From contig MU004186.1 in the NCBI GenBank assembly GCA_010093605.1, positions 265,765 through 329,764 of the forward strand: a stretch of DNA of 64,000 nucleotides, written 5' to 3'. Within the stretch, counting starts at the first letter, position 1, and every line of letters begins with the position of its first letter. A program made the position numbers and the translations under genes. The stretch is from Lophium mytilinum (Eukaryota). Below the pieces are notes generated by a model. That model was not told the origin of the DNA. It did not search any database and saw only the letters and a list, made by a program, of their open reading frames with translations. This document shows, one piece after another, positions 46,496 to 59,773 of the stretch.

Positions 46496-49400
46496 TCAAG
46501 AGCGGGCAGCGTACGGCTGCAACAGCTCAACTATAGCCGTGTAGCCCTCCTCTATCGCCAGTGACCACGGACTTCGTCCGTATCGATCTGTTGAATGGAC
46601 ATCAACCTTGCCCGTCTTGAGCAACATTCCGATTATATCCTCGGAACGACGCAGATTCGTCTCCATTCCCGCATGAATTACCCTATGCATCAGCGGCGTG
46701 CGTCCATATTTATCCTTTAGATCAACGTCAACCTGGCCTGTGTTAAGTAGCGTTTTGAGTGCATTGACATTACATGCGAGACCCGCCGCGTGCGATAGTG
46801 GTGTCTGTCCGACCTCATCCTGTGAGTTGACATCAACTTGGCCTGTGTTGAGTAGTAGCTCGAGTTTCGAGCCGTTATTGGACCCTGTCGCGTATGAGAG
46901 TGGCGTACGCCCGTTGTTGTCCTTCAAGTCAACGTTGACCTGGCCTGTATCAAGTAGCATCTTGAACGTTGTGGCACCTAATTTTGTACCCGCCGCGTGT
47001 GATAGCAGCGTCCAACCTTTCTCATCTTTAGAGTCGGCGTCAAGCTGACCAGTGTCGAGCAACAGCTTAACAATGTCTTCATAGCCCCAACTTGCTGCTA
47101 ATGCTGCAGCATGCGATAATCGTGTCCGTCCATCCTTGTGCTTTGAATCAAAGTCGACTTGACCTGTGTCGAGTAGCTGCTTGACCATGGCTGCGTTGCC
47201 AGCTGTAACAGCGTAAAAGAATGGTGTACATCCGTCTACATCTTCTGAGTTGACGTTGACTTGGCCTGTTTTGAGGAGTAGCTTGACTATAGCTGCATGA
47301 CCCTCTCCAGCAGCTTGGCAAAGTGGAGTGATTTTATCATCGAAATCCTTAGAGTCGGCGACAAACTTTCCTGTCTCAAGCGCGATAGTAAATAACACCT
47401 CATCTCCAAGTTCCGCTAGAAATGAGAGTATGGATTTGTGCTTTGGAAACTCGAACTTCCGACTAAACTCGAGATGAATTTTATCTGCTCCGTTCACGTA
47501 CTGCCGGCTGTCATCATAACAATACTGGCTGCACATCTTACAAAACTCGCTATCCAGACACTGTGTTGAGGCGTAATTTTGCACAAAAGATTGGATAGCT
47601 TCTTTGCTTTTGGTTGCTAGGGATGCGTAAAGGGGAAGTCCATAACGCTCGTTCTCCACTTGAAGAAATGATTGGATCGATGGATGGACTCGAATAAGGT
47701 TCGACATGTTATGCTCTGCCAATAAATACAGAAGACTCGCATGTTTTGTATGTCTTCGTACTTGAGCCTTTTCGAGCAGATTGTCGTATTGGATCCAACG
47801 CTCAAGCGGGAAGTTCTGAAAAAGATTTTCCTGATTGATACCACATTCTACAGCTAGATCTGCATGGTAAAGCACATTACGCACGGCATAATCCAGAAGT
47901 GGAAATGCTCTAGTAGCTGCTTGGCGGTGGTCTTTAGCTTCTTGCGATGAAGCTTTTGGAAGACTATCAGGCAGCTTCAGCAGGGGAAAAACGTCGATGT
48001 TGATATAGTTGAGACAGCAATTCTTCAGCCGCTCATGACTTTGACCATGAAAGTTTCTGCTAAGCTCGGGCCATATTTTTCCAAGCCCGTCCTCTTCTAG
48101 GAGAAAGTCCCTCACCGATTCGTGGATGAATTGGACTTTTTGAATCTCCGATGTTGTAACTTCCACGAATCCTTTAGAAGTATTGAGTATAAATCTCTCC
48201 ATGACGTTTCTTGTGATCTTGTTAGGAACCCACGTTGATAGGGTATCAGGCTCGACTCCAAAAAGAATAGCGTAGTATAGCTCCACTGGACTTAACGGCC
48301 GCTTCGAGAAGAGAACCCACTGAACACACAGAACTAACTCGCCTTGATTGTCCGAGTCGCGCGTTAAAATATCGCGGAAAAGATCGTGCAAGTCGCTAGG
48401 AGTTTCCCGGAGTCTCCGCTGAAGCACGTGCATGTTACCAGCATCGTGTTCCTTGTTTAGTATCCTTACAACCAGAACGACCCACATAAAGATCCCCGAG
48501 GCCTTTTCTTGAAGTTCTGTTCGAATCTGCTCAGCGGGCTCACTGTCCCCAATTTTTAACTCGCTATTGAGGTAGTTTGTAATATCCTGGCCGTGCCCTT
48601 CTTGCCCTTCTAGAACCAGATCAAGGCTTTTCCGGATTGAGATGTGTGGGTAGTGCCTGCTAGCAAAACAGATGTGGAATTTGCCGTCGGCTGACATGGC
48701 ACGCGCGTTAAGACTTCCAAAGAAGGAGATCATGTCCCGGATCTGAAATTCCTCGCATTCATCCAAGGCGTCTATGAAACATACCACGGAGGACTGCCCA
48801 AGACTTTGTATAGCTTCTTTCAACAGCGTTTCCAGTGATTCAACGCTCCATGGGTGGTGTGTGCTGATGTTCGAGGTCGAGAGATCAAGCGAGTCAAAGA
48901 CGCAGTCGAGATTTGGGAGCCTTTCGAGAAGTTGCAGTAGGAGCGACCTGTATGCCCCAACTGTCGACTTTTCTAAAGCCTCGCCTCGCGCATTGAAGAA
49001 GAATGAGATGACGATCCTGCCCTTCATCTTCTTGCGGGCGTTGGTAAGAGCAAATTTCATTAAAGTTGACTTTCCAGACCCAGGGTGCCCTTTGATCCAC
49101 AAGAAGCCGAGGTGCTCGCCCCGTTCAGTAGCATCAAGCCAGTCGGCATACTTGGGATTTCTCAGCAGCCATTCACAAGTCTCAGTGTGGGCGTTCTTGA
49201 TGGTCGTTCGGCGCGCATCGATTTGGTCAAATCTTAGCGAATCTAGTAGCATCATCTTTTGCTCCTGGGTAAGAAGCAACTTCTCTCCTGTTCTAAACCG
49301 ATGAGAGTCTGGATAGGTCAGCTTCACTTGTACATACATGGTAATATTGCCCACTATATGTCTACGTACGGGATATGCTTCGCTGCTGATCCTGCTGGTG

Positions 49401-50639
49401 CGATAGAGCAGCGGTAGTAGATGTAGCGTCGGCATGCCAAGCTACATCTTTCGCCCACCGCGAAAGCTCTCCAGCGACTGCCGTAAACCCGGGGTCGTCT
49501 TCGCTCTCGAACTTTGTCATATCCATGTGATTACTCCGAATACCGATAGGAATATACCCAGGGAGAATAGCCGAGTGTCGCGGGACTACCTGTTACAACC
49601 GTCAGAACACAGGATTATTGTAAAGTCTTGGACTTCACGTACCTCGCCAATGCTTGGTAGAGGCAACTCCTCGTAGAAGCAAGTGATCTCGATGGGCCGA
49701 AGACCTTCCTTGCTCCGCGACCTGATCATAGTATGGAATCCATCCTGAATACGCGCAAGGACCTCAGAGTCTCTCTTTAGGACAGCGATAATCTCAGGGT
49801 TTGTCTGCTTTAGTACGCCAATTGACCTGGCAATCTGTTCTGCCCATTGTGCTAGGCCAGAGCCGTGGTGGGGAGTGCCTAGGAATACAATGCCGTGAGT
49901 TGAGTGAAGGATGCTTCGTAGGTGATCCTCCGGCCTCTGTCCCGCCTGAACTAAAGCCTAAGGTAGAATTTAGCCTGATAACCTTGCATCAGAACTTGAT
50001 CACATACGTCTTCGCACACCAGTCCGCCTAGGCTATGGCATACGAAGATGATTGGGCGGGTGTCCTACTAGTGTGAGCCGCGGTCTCAGAATATCGTTGC
50101 ATGAGGGCCTCACGGTATTATCTTTCCCTCTATGTGTCGCAACGGCGGAAAGTAGGTTCATGGCATGATTTCCAATTCTATTCTTCGACACCATGCCTTT
50201 CCAGTCCGAGACGTATGCGTCGTACCCGAACGTGAGGATGCGAGTATTGGGGACTTTGGCGGCGAGTAGGGTGTGAGGCCATGGTGAAGCTGCACCCTTC
50301 GCCGTCCATGTTTTTTCGCGGTCCCCAGTGAGACCGTGCACAAATATGATACTATCAAGGTAGAATGGCAAGTTAACATAGTTAAGGGCCGATCGAAGGG
50401 TAGTATTCGAGGCAGGCTAATTGGTGCTATATAAAGCATTCGGCAAATAAGCCTGCCAATGCCCAGACAGCGAAACTGACTTACTCTACGACGCTGTTCT
50501 CCGATGCGTGAAGCAGCTTGATTCCAGAAGGAAAGCTCTTTCTACGTTTTCCAGATGTGCTACTTGTAGAAGACGAGGTGCTTCGCTCTGCGTCTTCAGC
50601 CTTCCGCTTAGAACCAAGGAACCAGCGCACGCTCTCCAT
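46496..50639 (-). CDS. NLR-like protein: SesB-like alpha/beta hydrolase + NACHT + ankyrin repeats; about 5 introns in the 5' part
   Basis: IIFVHGLTGDREKTW, PIIFVCHSLGGLV, GIVFLGTPHHGS, NHMDMTKF; Walker A GHPGSGKS; Walker B CFIDALDEC; KASGIFMWV; QFIHESVRDFL; about 8 ANK repeats of type LLDTGQVDVDSKDxxGRTPLSHAA. An intron at about 49309-49369 links the hydrolase exons to the 979-aa ORF. Confidence 0.88.
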
Positions 50640-51413
50640 TTCGTGCGCCGAGGACACGCGCGGACATGCAGGAGGACTTCGACTTATTTGGCAGGCGGAG
50701 TGTTTGCCTAAAGAAACGGCAACAGTTGATAGAACAAGGAGATGAAGGTGTGCCGTGTGGAAAGAGGAATCTGCGTCTTACGCCGCGTAGGTGAGCTGCC
50801 AACCTGGCGCCTATTGTTCAGCCGCAGCCTCGTTGCATCCAATGACACTCCTCTGCACACTTCATATGCGAGCGGATGCACGTGCAGCAACTCAAATCCG
50901 TAGGTAGGCGTCTTTACGAATGATAATAAATGATCTAGGGCGAGCATTAGAACTCGATGAACACGCAACGTAAATCAACGATATTTTACGTTCCCGCTCT
51001 CGTAGCATGTTAGAGTTACAGGTCCTGCGTTCTACCCTTCTTTGGCGCTCCGCTTACTCGACAACAAGTGTTAAACTACGGAATGATACGGACGCTAGGA
51101 ACATGGGAATGCTCATGAGCTTAAGTATGGCTGTGAAGGCTTCTCGCATGGCATGAAACGGATCCCCTGCGCAGTAGAATAACAAGTGTGTTTTGTGTGA
51201 GTCGCGATGCTTTGGTTCATCACGGTGCAGGGCACATAATATTTGGATAGACATTACAATCATAGAATGCATTCCATCGAAAGGGTAAGGTTTAGCTGTG
51301 AACGGTCAGCCAACCTATTTCAAACCCAAGCTTACCCGTGGGTATTTAAGCAAAACTCCATACTAAAGCGCCATACTCCCAATGGTGTTGAACGACATGT
51401 AGCGGGGAAACAG

Positions 51414-52286
51414 CTACGCCTTAGCCTTCCCCTTTCCTTTTGATTGGACATCTTCCGTTATGGTTCCATCGACCTCTTCGTCGCTGTCGCTCATGAATTC
51501 GTCGTCTTCGTCCCAGCCAAAGAATGACCTTGCTTGCGGTTTGTCTGCTTCCTTGGAACTTGTCGCCTTCACAACCTCCATTCCTTCGCTCTCGCTACCC
51601 TCACTTCCCTCGGACCCTGCACCAGAAGTGTCGCTCTCCTTGTCGGCCAGCGCGTTTTTGATCTCGCCAGCCTTGTATGCAGCTATGACTGCATCCCGCG
51701 TCTTCTGCTCAGCCTCCTCTTTGTCCTCAACCCACTTGCCATCTAAACGAGCAGTCTTTCCGCCCCGTATCTCGTCCTCCTTTCGGTCCGCTGCGTCCAC
51801 AATAGCTTCCCAACGCTTCATCTTCTCCTCTCGCTCCTTTTTGTCCATATCCGGCTTGACGGCTAGGTACTCAGCTAGCGCCTTTGCTTCGGTCACAGTG
51901 CGTAGCCTCCGGCCGTCGAGGTTTCGAGAAGATCCATTGTTTTCGCCTTGGCTGCGCTTCTTTCGCGATGACATGCGACCGCCGGCTGCGCGCAGCTGGG
52001 AGCCAAAACCACCTTTCCCTCCACAGAGAGGAGCGGATAGACGTAGCGGAATGAAGGCATCATCGGGGGATGATAAAAGTGATGTGAGGGGTTCGGGAGA
52101 GTGTGGCAATAGTTGCTTGTTGGAGGTAGTGGTAAGGATCAATCGATTGTTCGCGACCTGAGGTATGCGCTCTGATAGTATGGCAGCGAGGTCGCTGATG
52201 GTACTAGAGGCGTCTATGGGGAATGATAGTGTTGAGGGGAGGTCGAGGCCCGGGAATGAGGTGAGGAGGATGTTGATTTGCGCCAT
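51414..52286 (-). CDS. SDE2: Sde2 ubiquitin-fold splicing and genome-stability factor
   Basis: N-terminal ubiquitin-like fold ending LCGG|KGGFGSQLRAAGGRM; SRNLDGRRLRTV. Confidence 0.93.
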   Translation of the reverse strand: MAQINILLTSFPGLDLPSTLSFPIDASSTISDLAAILSERIPQVANNRLILTTTSNKQLLPHSPEPLTSLLSSPDDAFIPLRLSAPLCGGKGGFGSQLRAAGGRMSSRKKRSQGENNGSSRNLDGRRLRTVTEAKALAEYLAVKPDMDKKEREEKMKRWEAIVDAADRKEDEIRGGKTARLDGKWVEDKEEAEQKTRDAVIAAYKAGEIKNALADKESDTSGAGSEGSEGSESEGMEVVKATSSKEADKPQARSFFGWDEDDEFMSDSDEEVDGTITEDVQSKGKGKAKA

Positions 52287-52586
52287 CTCGGAAGAGTGTC
52301 CGTGGAGGTTTGCGAACGTGATGATAGTGGCGCTTTACGCAGCGGCCGGTTCCAGTATCTGAGGTATTGAGGTTGTGTTTTGTGAGTGTATCGAAGTGAG
52401 TCCTGGTTTCGGTGTTTGAAATGGAGGAGGCGGAGAACGAGATGAAGATGAGGCTGGTCATTCGGTTAACCTTTGCCAAGGCCGCACGGACCCCACCGCA
52501 CTTGCATCGATCTCAAAATCACCGCCAACTTCGCAGCGACGACACCACGACCGGATCTCTCCAACAATTCCTCGAGGACCGCCAAG

Positions 52587-53445
52587 ATGTATGTTACAAC
52601 TCTACCAGACCGCGGAGATAGAGCTAATGTGTTCTCAGGCTCATCCCCAAGGCCGATCGCAAGAAGATCCACGAGTATGTCCCCCTCCAAGATCCGAACT
52701 TTCAATTCCATATCATCGCAAACAGCTACGCTGACACTTTCCCAGGTACCTCTTCCGTGGTATGTAGTTCTGGACAATCATAATATCATCCAGCGCAATG
52801 CTGCGATTTCAAGAAGGATAGGCTGACACACGGTCACCAACAGAGGGCGTTCTCGTCGCGCAGAAGAACTTCTACCTGCCCAAGCATGGCGAAATCGACA
52901 CCAAGAACCTCGTAAGACCGAATTTACCTCCCCGAACCGGACTACAATATTGATGCGCGGTGGCAGTTCGTGATCAAGGCTATGCAGTCGCTAAACTCGC
53001 GCGGCTACGTCAAGACCCAGTTCTCGTGGCAATACTGTATGAACAATCCAATCGAGCGGCGCGGAGTTAGAATGTGGGATGCTGATAAAGATAGACTACT
53101 ACACCCTCACCCCTGAGGGCCTCGACTACCTCCGCGAATGGCTCCACCTCCCCGCTGAGATTGTGCCCCAGACGCACATCAAGCAGCAGCGCTCGCATGC
53201 TCCGCCGCGCGGTATGATGGGTGGTGACGAGCGCCCCCGTCCCGGTGGACGCGGTGGACCCCGTGGTGACCGTGAGGGTGGCTACAGACGTCGTGATGCT
53301 GGCGAGGGTGGAAAGGAGGGTGGTGCGCCAGGAGAGTTCAGGCCCGATTTCCGTGGTGGCTTCGGTATGTCACTATTGTTCACCAATCTGACTACATGCT
53401 AATCAATTGCTAGGCCGTGGCCGCGGTGGTCCCCCACCTTCGTAG
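52587..53445 (+). CDS. RPS10: 40S ribosomal protein S10 (eS10); 6 introns
   Basis: Spliced translation [88 protein letters not shown]...GGFGRGRGGPPPS. Confidence 0.96.
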
Positions 53446-53744
53446 TGGATTTCTTCTCGCCTCCTAATCACTCACACCTCATCACATTTTGCTTTCAAAA
53501 CTCTGGAATGGGTCGGGCGGTAGCGTGTTCGGCTGAGTGAGAGAAATTGCCGGGGACGTATAGGTCGAGGGGGCAGTTGACACTGCAGAGAGATATCACA
53601 TGTATTTGTGGCATGACAATACAGATGTTGATGCTCGTTGATCAAGCCTTCTTTTCGTGACAAGTGCTACTAAACCGAGAACACCAATTCCTTATTTTAT
53701 GTACAGATATGCGCCTTCACGGTTCCCCCAAAGCCCAGATCTAC

Positions 53745-55523
53745 TTAAGCACCAACCTCCCAGCCAGTATTCCACGTAAGCCGTCTCTCCGCTCTCATTC
53801 GATCATACCTCACCACCGCCTGCAGCAACACCTGAGCTCCCACCGCGCAGTCCTCTGGACTCGTATACTCCCTCGGATTATGACTGATCCCATCCCTGCA
53901 CGGCACAAAAATCATACTCGTCGGCACCCGCTTCGACGTATACACACTATCATGCCCAGCGCCACTCACCATCTCCATCGTCAACTTCTCCGCCTCCGGC
54001 CCCAACGCCGACGCCGCCGCCTCCGTAACCGCATGAATGCAGTCCGGATGGAACTTCACCGCCGGCGAAACGCTATCCGTCGTAAAACTAACCTCACAGG
54101 GCCGGCCAGGCGTGCATCCCTCACTGATCCCGTCAACCTCCTCCCCCGCCGCGATCCTCGCGAAATCAGCTAGTATATCCGCCTCCAGCATATCAACCGT
54201 GCTGTCCGCCGGCGCCCGGATATCAAGACTTAAACTCACGCTCCCAGGCACCGTATTAGTGCTCCCAGGCTTGAGATTCAAAATCCCCGTCGACGCCAAC
54301 GCCCCTCTCTTCGTCGCCAGCCGATGCGAATGCAATATCATCTTCGCCGCCGCGAGCAACGCATCAGCTCTATTCTCGAAATCCGTCGTGCCGGTGTGAC
54401 AGTCCTGCCCGGTGACGTTGACGGTGTACCAGCGATATGCTTGGACGCCTTTGACGATGCCGATTTTACGGGAAGTGGATTCGAGTAAGGGGCCTTGTTC
54501 GATGTGGAGTTCGAAGTGAGCGGCCATGGGGACGGCTTCGTAGGATGCGGGGACGGTGCCGAGGTAGCCGATGCGGGATAGCTCTGAAGAGAGGGTGGCG
54601 GTGCCGGGGTGGACTTCGCGGAGGGCGTGGGCGGTGGAGAGGGGGATGTGGCCGGACCAGACGCCCGAGGAGAGCATGGAGATGGGGAAGCGGGCGCCTT
54701 CTTCGCTGGGGAGGGGGTTAGTGGGGGGTTTTGGGGGTAGTGGTTGGGCGTTAGGGCATATTTAGGGGGTTAGGGGCTGGGGGGTTTTGAGAGGGGAGAG
54801 TAATGGGGCGGATATGTACGTACTTTGTCCAATTGACAACACCTACTGGGTATTCGGTTTCTACCCAGTAGTCTGCGAGAACTTTGAGCATTTCTACGCC
54901 TGCGGTGACGCCGAGGATACCGTCGTATCGGCCACCTGTTGGCTGGGTGTCTAGGTGGGAGCCGACGAAGGTAGGGGGACCATCGTTCCGTAAGCCGGGA
55001 CGGATAGCAAAGATGTTACCCATCTCATCGATTGTCGTATTGCACCCTAGAGCTTGAGTCGTTTCCACGAACCAGTCTCGAGCTTTCTTGTCCGCGTCCG
55101 AAAGGGACAGACGGGACATGCCTGTTTCGGTGGGCGCACTGGGATGGTCAACTCTATGATCATATTTTACTTCGGAATATGAAACAGAAGTTTATAAAAG
55201 AAACCAGAAGAATTAATATTTGAGATGTATGAACGGTGCAGAGATATAACAAAAATCATAACTTACGTTCCCCAAACTTGTCCTGTGCCCCACTTCGACG
55301 TAAAATGGATATCCTCCATGAGTCTATTCTGGTTCACTTTCAGGCTCGCAAGATCTTTCTCGTTCATTTCTTTCGTATGCAACTGCCATGGTGGAGAGCT
55401 CGAGAACGCCCTGCATCCAATTGGTCTTGAGAGGGTGCCCACAGCTCCGAGGCGTGACCTCGAATAGCTCCGCCCTGCAAAACGAAAAGCTGTTGCACAC
55501 AGCTTCATCCCTGGTACTGCCAT
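53745..55523 (-). CDS. Beta-alanine synthase / N-carbamoyl-amino-acid hydrolase (M20 family, Pyd3-like); 2 introns; mitochondrial-type presequence
   Basis: GSHLDTQPTGGRYDGILGV, NWT|EEGARFP, HFELHIEQGP, HTGTT, MVSGAGHDS, GISHNPRE. Confidence 0.92.
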
Positions 55524-55861
55524 GCTGTGCAAGTTCAATGGAGTTTGGTTTCCATGGGGGTGCAGTTAATATAACAAGCAAGCTGTTGCTTGGTTTTGTG
55601 AGTACTGTGGACCTCAGGTGATGCAGCGGGGAGCTCCGATAAGGTTCTTATCTGTAACTCTCCTGATGTCGCGGGAGTCAAGGTCTCTTTTGCTAGCTAG
55701 ACATAACATTAACGTTGTATCTCACGCCTTGTTCCTAGAGTCTTTGTCCCTCTCGAGATCATTACACCACCTCAAAAGCATTTCATCAGTATCAGACTCC
55801 ATCCTTGTCCCACATGTCTTTGAAGCTATGGAAGGTCTTCGGTTAAGTTGAAGATGTAATC

Positions 55862-56197
55862 ATGAGTTCTTTCATCGATATCTCTTCACTGGTCCTTCGT
55901 GAGGAGGACATACTGCGTTTCGCACAATTCAAACGCATTCTCGGCATTCAGCCTTTCGTTCGTCTCCCACAACTCGAATCAACGCTATCTACCAATCACC
56001 CTAAAAGCACAATCGAAGATGGAGCGGTGGGATGGCTGGAAAACCCTACGCAGGTTGCAGAGGATGGCTCTGCTCGAATTGCACGAGCTAAGGATCTACA
56101 GAAGAAACTAGATGCCGCAGAACAAAGGTCAGTATCTTCCACTTGCCCTGCCCTTCAGTAGCTAACTAAAGTCTGCGGATATAGGAATGAGAAATGA
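55862..56197 (+). CDS. Possible small hypothetical protein (about 92 aa, one intron)
   Basis: ATG ORF followed by an intron-like GTCAGT...GCTAAC...TAG sequence; no recognised domain. Confidence 0.3.
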
Positions 56198-56649
56198 GAA
56201 GTGGCCTCAACTCTTTAACTTTATGAAATCAAGCGTCCTGGGTTCGGTATAAACCAGAAGTACCAAGCTAAATGAAGGATCAGGACCCACAGAAATATGT
56301 CAAGGGCCAAGAGCTAACTCTTACACAATGCAAGAGAGCGATTGTCATGACATACTTTTGCTACTCTTTGCAGTCGTTAACACAATTTCGAAATTTGATA
56401 TTCTGACAGTGCTCTTGCCTCTAGGGCCACTGGCAACTTCCTAGTGCTGAACAGTTGAGAAGGGAATGCTACCAGTACGCAGCGAGCGAGCCAACTCGCC
56501 TTTATCTCGAACCACATGAAATCTTACCACGTCCACAGTCCACTCACCTCTCTAAGACACCTCACTTGACTCTATCACATTGAGTACATTCCAGCGTAGC
56601 CACAGATTTCTTGAATCATATGGAAGACCTTTGAGAAGTGAGCGCCATC

Positions 56650-57587
56650 TCAACATCCATCCGACCCTCTCCCTACCCCCTCTAAAACACCTACCGCCTC
56701 CTCAAAATCTCCCACATCAACCTTCCCCCCCGCCACCTCCTCCACCCACTCCCTCCCCTCTCCTAACTCCAACCCCCTCCTTCTAAGCACCACCCAAACA
56801 ACCGCCACCGCCACCGTCCTCGCATCAAACAAGTTCGCCAGCCTATACTCCCTACACGCCCCCACCGCCAACCCCCTCGCCGCCCTCCCCACCCCCGTCT
56901 CCATAAACCCCACCACCCCAACCTCCTCCCTCTCTACTCTCTCCCACGCCTCGAAATCCGTGTCCGCGGTCCCCGCCTCGCCAACCGTGCGGTCGAGATA
57001 CCTGGGCAGGAAATCGAGCGGCAGCGGGATGTGCGCGTCGAAACGGAGCACGCGTAGCAAGAGTAGCTCGGCCGCGACGACGGTGCTGCGGAGGGCGACG
57101 TAGATTGGGGAGGAGATGGTGAGGGGGGCGTAGGGGCGCTTGTGGGCGTGCAGTAGGCGGTGGGCGGGGAGGAGGAGGGCGCGGAGGCGGCGGGGGGATT
57201 CGGTGGTTTTGGTGGCGAGGGAGAGGGCGGAGAGGGTGAGGGTCTGTTTGGGGTTTAGTTCTAAGCTAGGTAAGGATGGGGGAGGTAGGGATGGGGGAGG
57301 TAGGGCAGGACGAACGTGGGGATCTAGTTTTGGCGCGTCTGTGGCTGTACGCGTGTATTTTGTGAAGCGGTTTATATAGATGAAGCACATGGCGAGGGTT
57401 TCCGAGGGGCTGTGATGGAAGTTAGGGTTGGGTAGAGAGTATTGGGTTAGTGATGTTCCTACAGGCGGAGAATGTCTGCGAGGAGGCTGGCGAAGGACAA
57501 GTGGTCAATTGGTTTCGGGAGGGCAACTGCTTCATTATGAAAATAGGTCTTATTGAGGCTTGAAGGGGCTAGCTCAAGGGCTGCCAT
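56650..57587 (-). CDS. Cyclin-fold protein (transcriptional cyclin-like); intron(s)
   Basis: LADILRL|PSETLAMCFIYINRF, LSALSLATKTTESPRRLR, AELLLLRVLRFD...LPLDFLPRYL. Confidence 0.8.
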
Positions 57588-58172
57588 CTTGATGCTGTGG
57601 GCAATAATGTTGGTGTAAGTGGTGAGAGTTGTCGAGGTGTTGAAGTGTATATTTTATCTCCGAATTGCTCGCAAACGCCGGACTGGACGTCTATTGGTGG
57701 AGGGGAGTTCAACCTCTCACAGTTCAAGATCTGTTCAATTCCGATAGTATAAACAGACTAGTTTGACTTTCATTGAGGCCTGCCGGAAGAGCTGATACTT
57801 TTGCATTTAGGTATTTCAAAACAGCACATTTGTCACGTGTGTCACGACTTTCCAGACTCATCGTCTACAGAAGCCTCTAGCTTTATCGCGTACCATAGTT
57901 CCAGATGATCTCACGGCTTGCAGAAGTATACATTCTCTCAGTTGTCATGGAAGCTCGGATTGGGCCTCCTTCGGCGATAATTGAGGCCGCCTAATTCAGA
58001 TACAATTTCAATAGATTAAGATGCTGATCACGACAGGGTCTTACGGTCCCAGCAATGATAGACAATGCCTGAAATTGAGCTCGAGCCACAACAAGTGACA
58101 TCAAAAGTGTTGATTTGGTGATCGTACAATATGTTACGCCCTAACGCTCACAGTTCACTTTGTATCCATCGC

Positions 58173-58926
58173 CTACAGGGGCGTGATGCCCGAGTGCTGT
58201 TTCGTTGTGGCAGACGCAACGTCTTGATCCACACCCAGCTCAACTCCCAACTCTTTCTTCAGCAAGGCCGTGAGCGAAGTACCATCCCGGAGATAGATCC
58301 AGTCTCCGATGCCCGAGCCCTGCTTCTGGTTCATCGACTCGCCCACGACTACCCAGTCGAACCGCTTTGGCCCGGACAGCGGAGAACTTAGCCAAATCTG
58401 CTTGTTCGGGGGCTGCTTGTTTAGGACGTATGTTCCTTTCGATACAATTGCGACTTCGAGGACTCCCGCCTGAGTTCACGAGGAAAGGTCAGTAATGAAC
58501 TGGTGAAAGCAGAGGAATGGGATAACGTACCGAGAATTCGACTTCTAGATCCTGTCGCTTCTCCTGCTCTTGCTCCAGCCTATTGACCAGCTCCTCCAGA
58601 TATACATCAGCGTGTCGATGGTACTCCTCGTAGGTTATGTCGGTTGGCTCCTTAGCCAGGCTTTCGTGTGCTTCGGTTTCTGGTGGTGCCGGGTCGGCCG
58701 AGTCTGGCATTAAGCCATTGCGAGTAGTCGAAGAGCTGAATGCTCTCGCATTGGAGAAGATGGACGTGCCTCGATTCGTGATCGCGACCGAACGTGAATG
58801 TAATCCGGAATATCTGACAGGGGATTGGACGGCTGAGAAGAGAGAGATTTGTTGCTGGCGCAGGTTCAATCGAACGGATTGACGAGCAGCTGGAGCCCTT
58901 AGGCGAAGGGCTGGCTTGGAGAACAT
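58173..58926 (-). CDS. YFH1: Mitochondrial frataxin; one intron at about 58471-58530
   Basis: Arg-rich presequence; [49 protein letters not shown]. Confidence 0.95.
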
Positions 58927-59123
58927 TGTTGTGATAAGGGTCAAGCTAGACGAATGGCAGATGTGGTGTTTGGTGTTTGGTTGACAGAACGGCCCAGCTC
59001 TAGTAGGGTGATGACGGAATCTGGAGCTGCGGGCAAATATGCGGAGGAGCTTTGACGCTTTTGAAACGCCCCGCAGAACCTCAACACGGCGTCAAAGCCC
59101 ATCTATCAAACAGAACGCCAACC

Positions 59124-59773
59124 ATGATCAATGCTGTCCTCGTCTTCAACAACTCGGGGCAGCCGCGTCTCACCAAATTCTATACTCAGCTAGTATGCGC
59201 CGTCCCGAGTGACCCCAAGCTCGTCCTAACAAGCATAGGAAACGAGCGTCCAGCAGCGGCTGATATCTGAGATCTTCACCCTCGTCGCGAACCGACCCAA
59301 CTCATCATGCAACTTTCTCCCGTACGAACGTCTGTACTACCTAAAAGCTTGTTTTGACCCTTCTCAGACTACCGCCCCTCCTCGCCAGTAGCAGCAAATC
59401 CTCCACGCCTACAACCCCACACAACGATACCCCTTCGCTCGTAACATACCGCCACTATGCGACCCTCTACTTTATCGTCATATCCACCTCCACCGAGTCG
59501 CCCTTAGCTCTCTTGGACCTCATCCAAGTCTTCGTCGAAGCGCTGGATCGCCTCTTCGAGAATGTGTGCGAGCTGGACCTGATCTTCAACTTCGAGACAC
59601 TGCATGCCACGCTTAGCGAGGTTATAGTGGGAGGAGTGGTGATAGAGACACAACTTGACAAAGTAGTAGAGGGCGTCAAGGCGCAAGGACGAGTTGCGAA
59701 GAGGCCGGTCAACGAGGGAAAAGGGGGGTTAAATCTTGGGGCCTTCAGCACGAGATCAAGGGACTTCCCGTGA
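59124..59773 (+). CDS. APS3: AP-3 adaptor complex sigma subunit; 2 introns
   Basis: MINAVLVFNNSGQPRLTKFY, YRHYATLYF, ESPLALLDLIQVFVEALDRLFENVCELDLIF. Confidence 0.92.

Noticed and set aside
39600..51300. Intact Starship element
   Set aside because: No captain tyrosine recombinase and no identifiable boundary repeats in the window.
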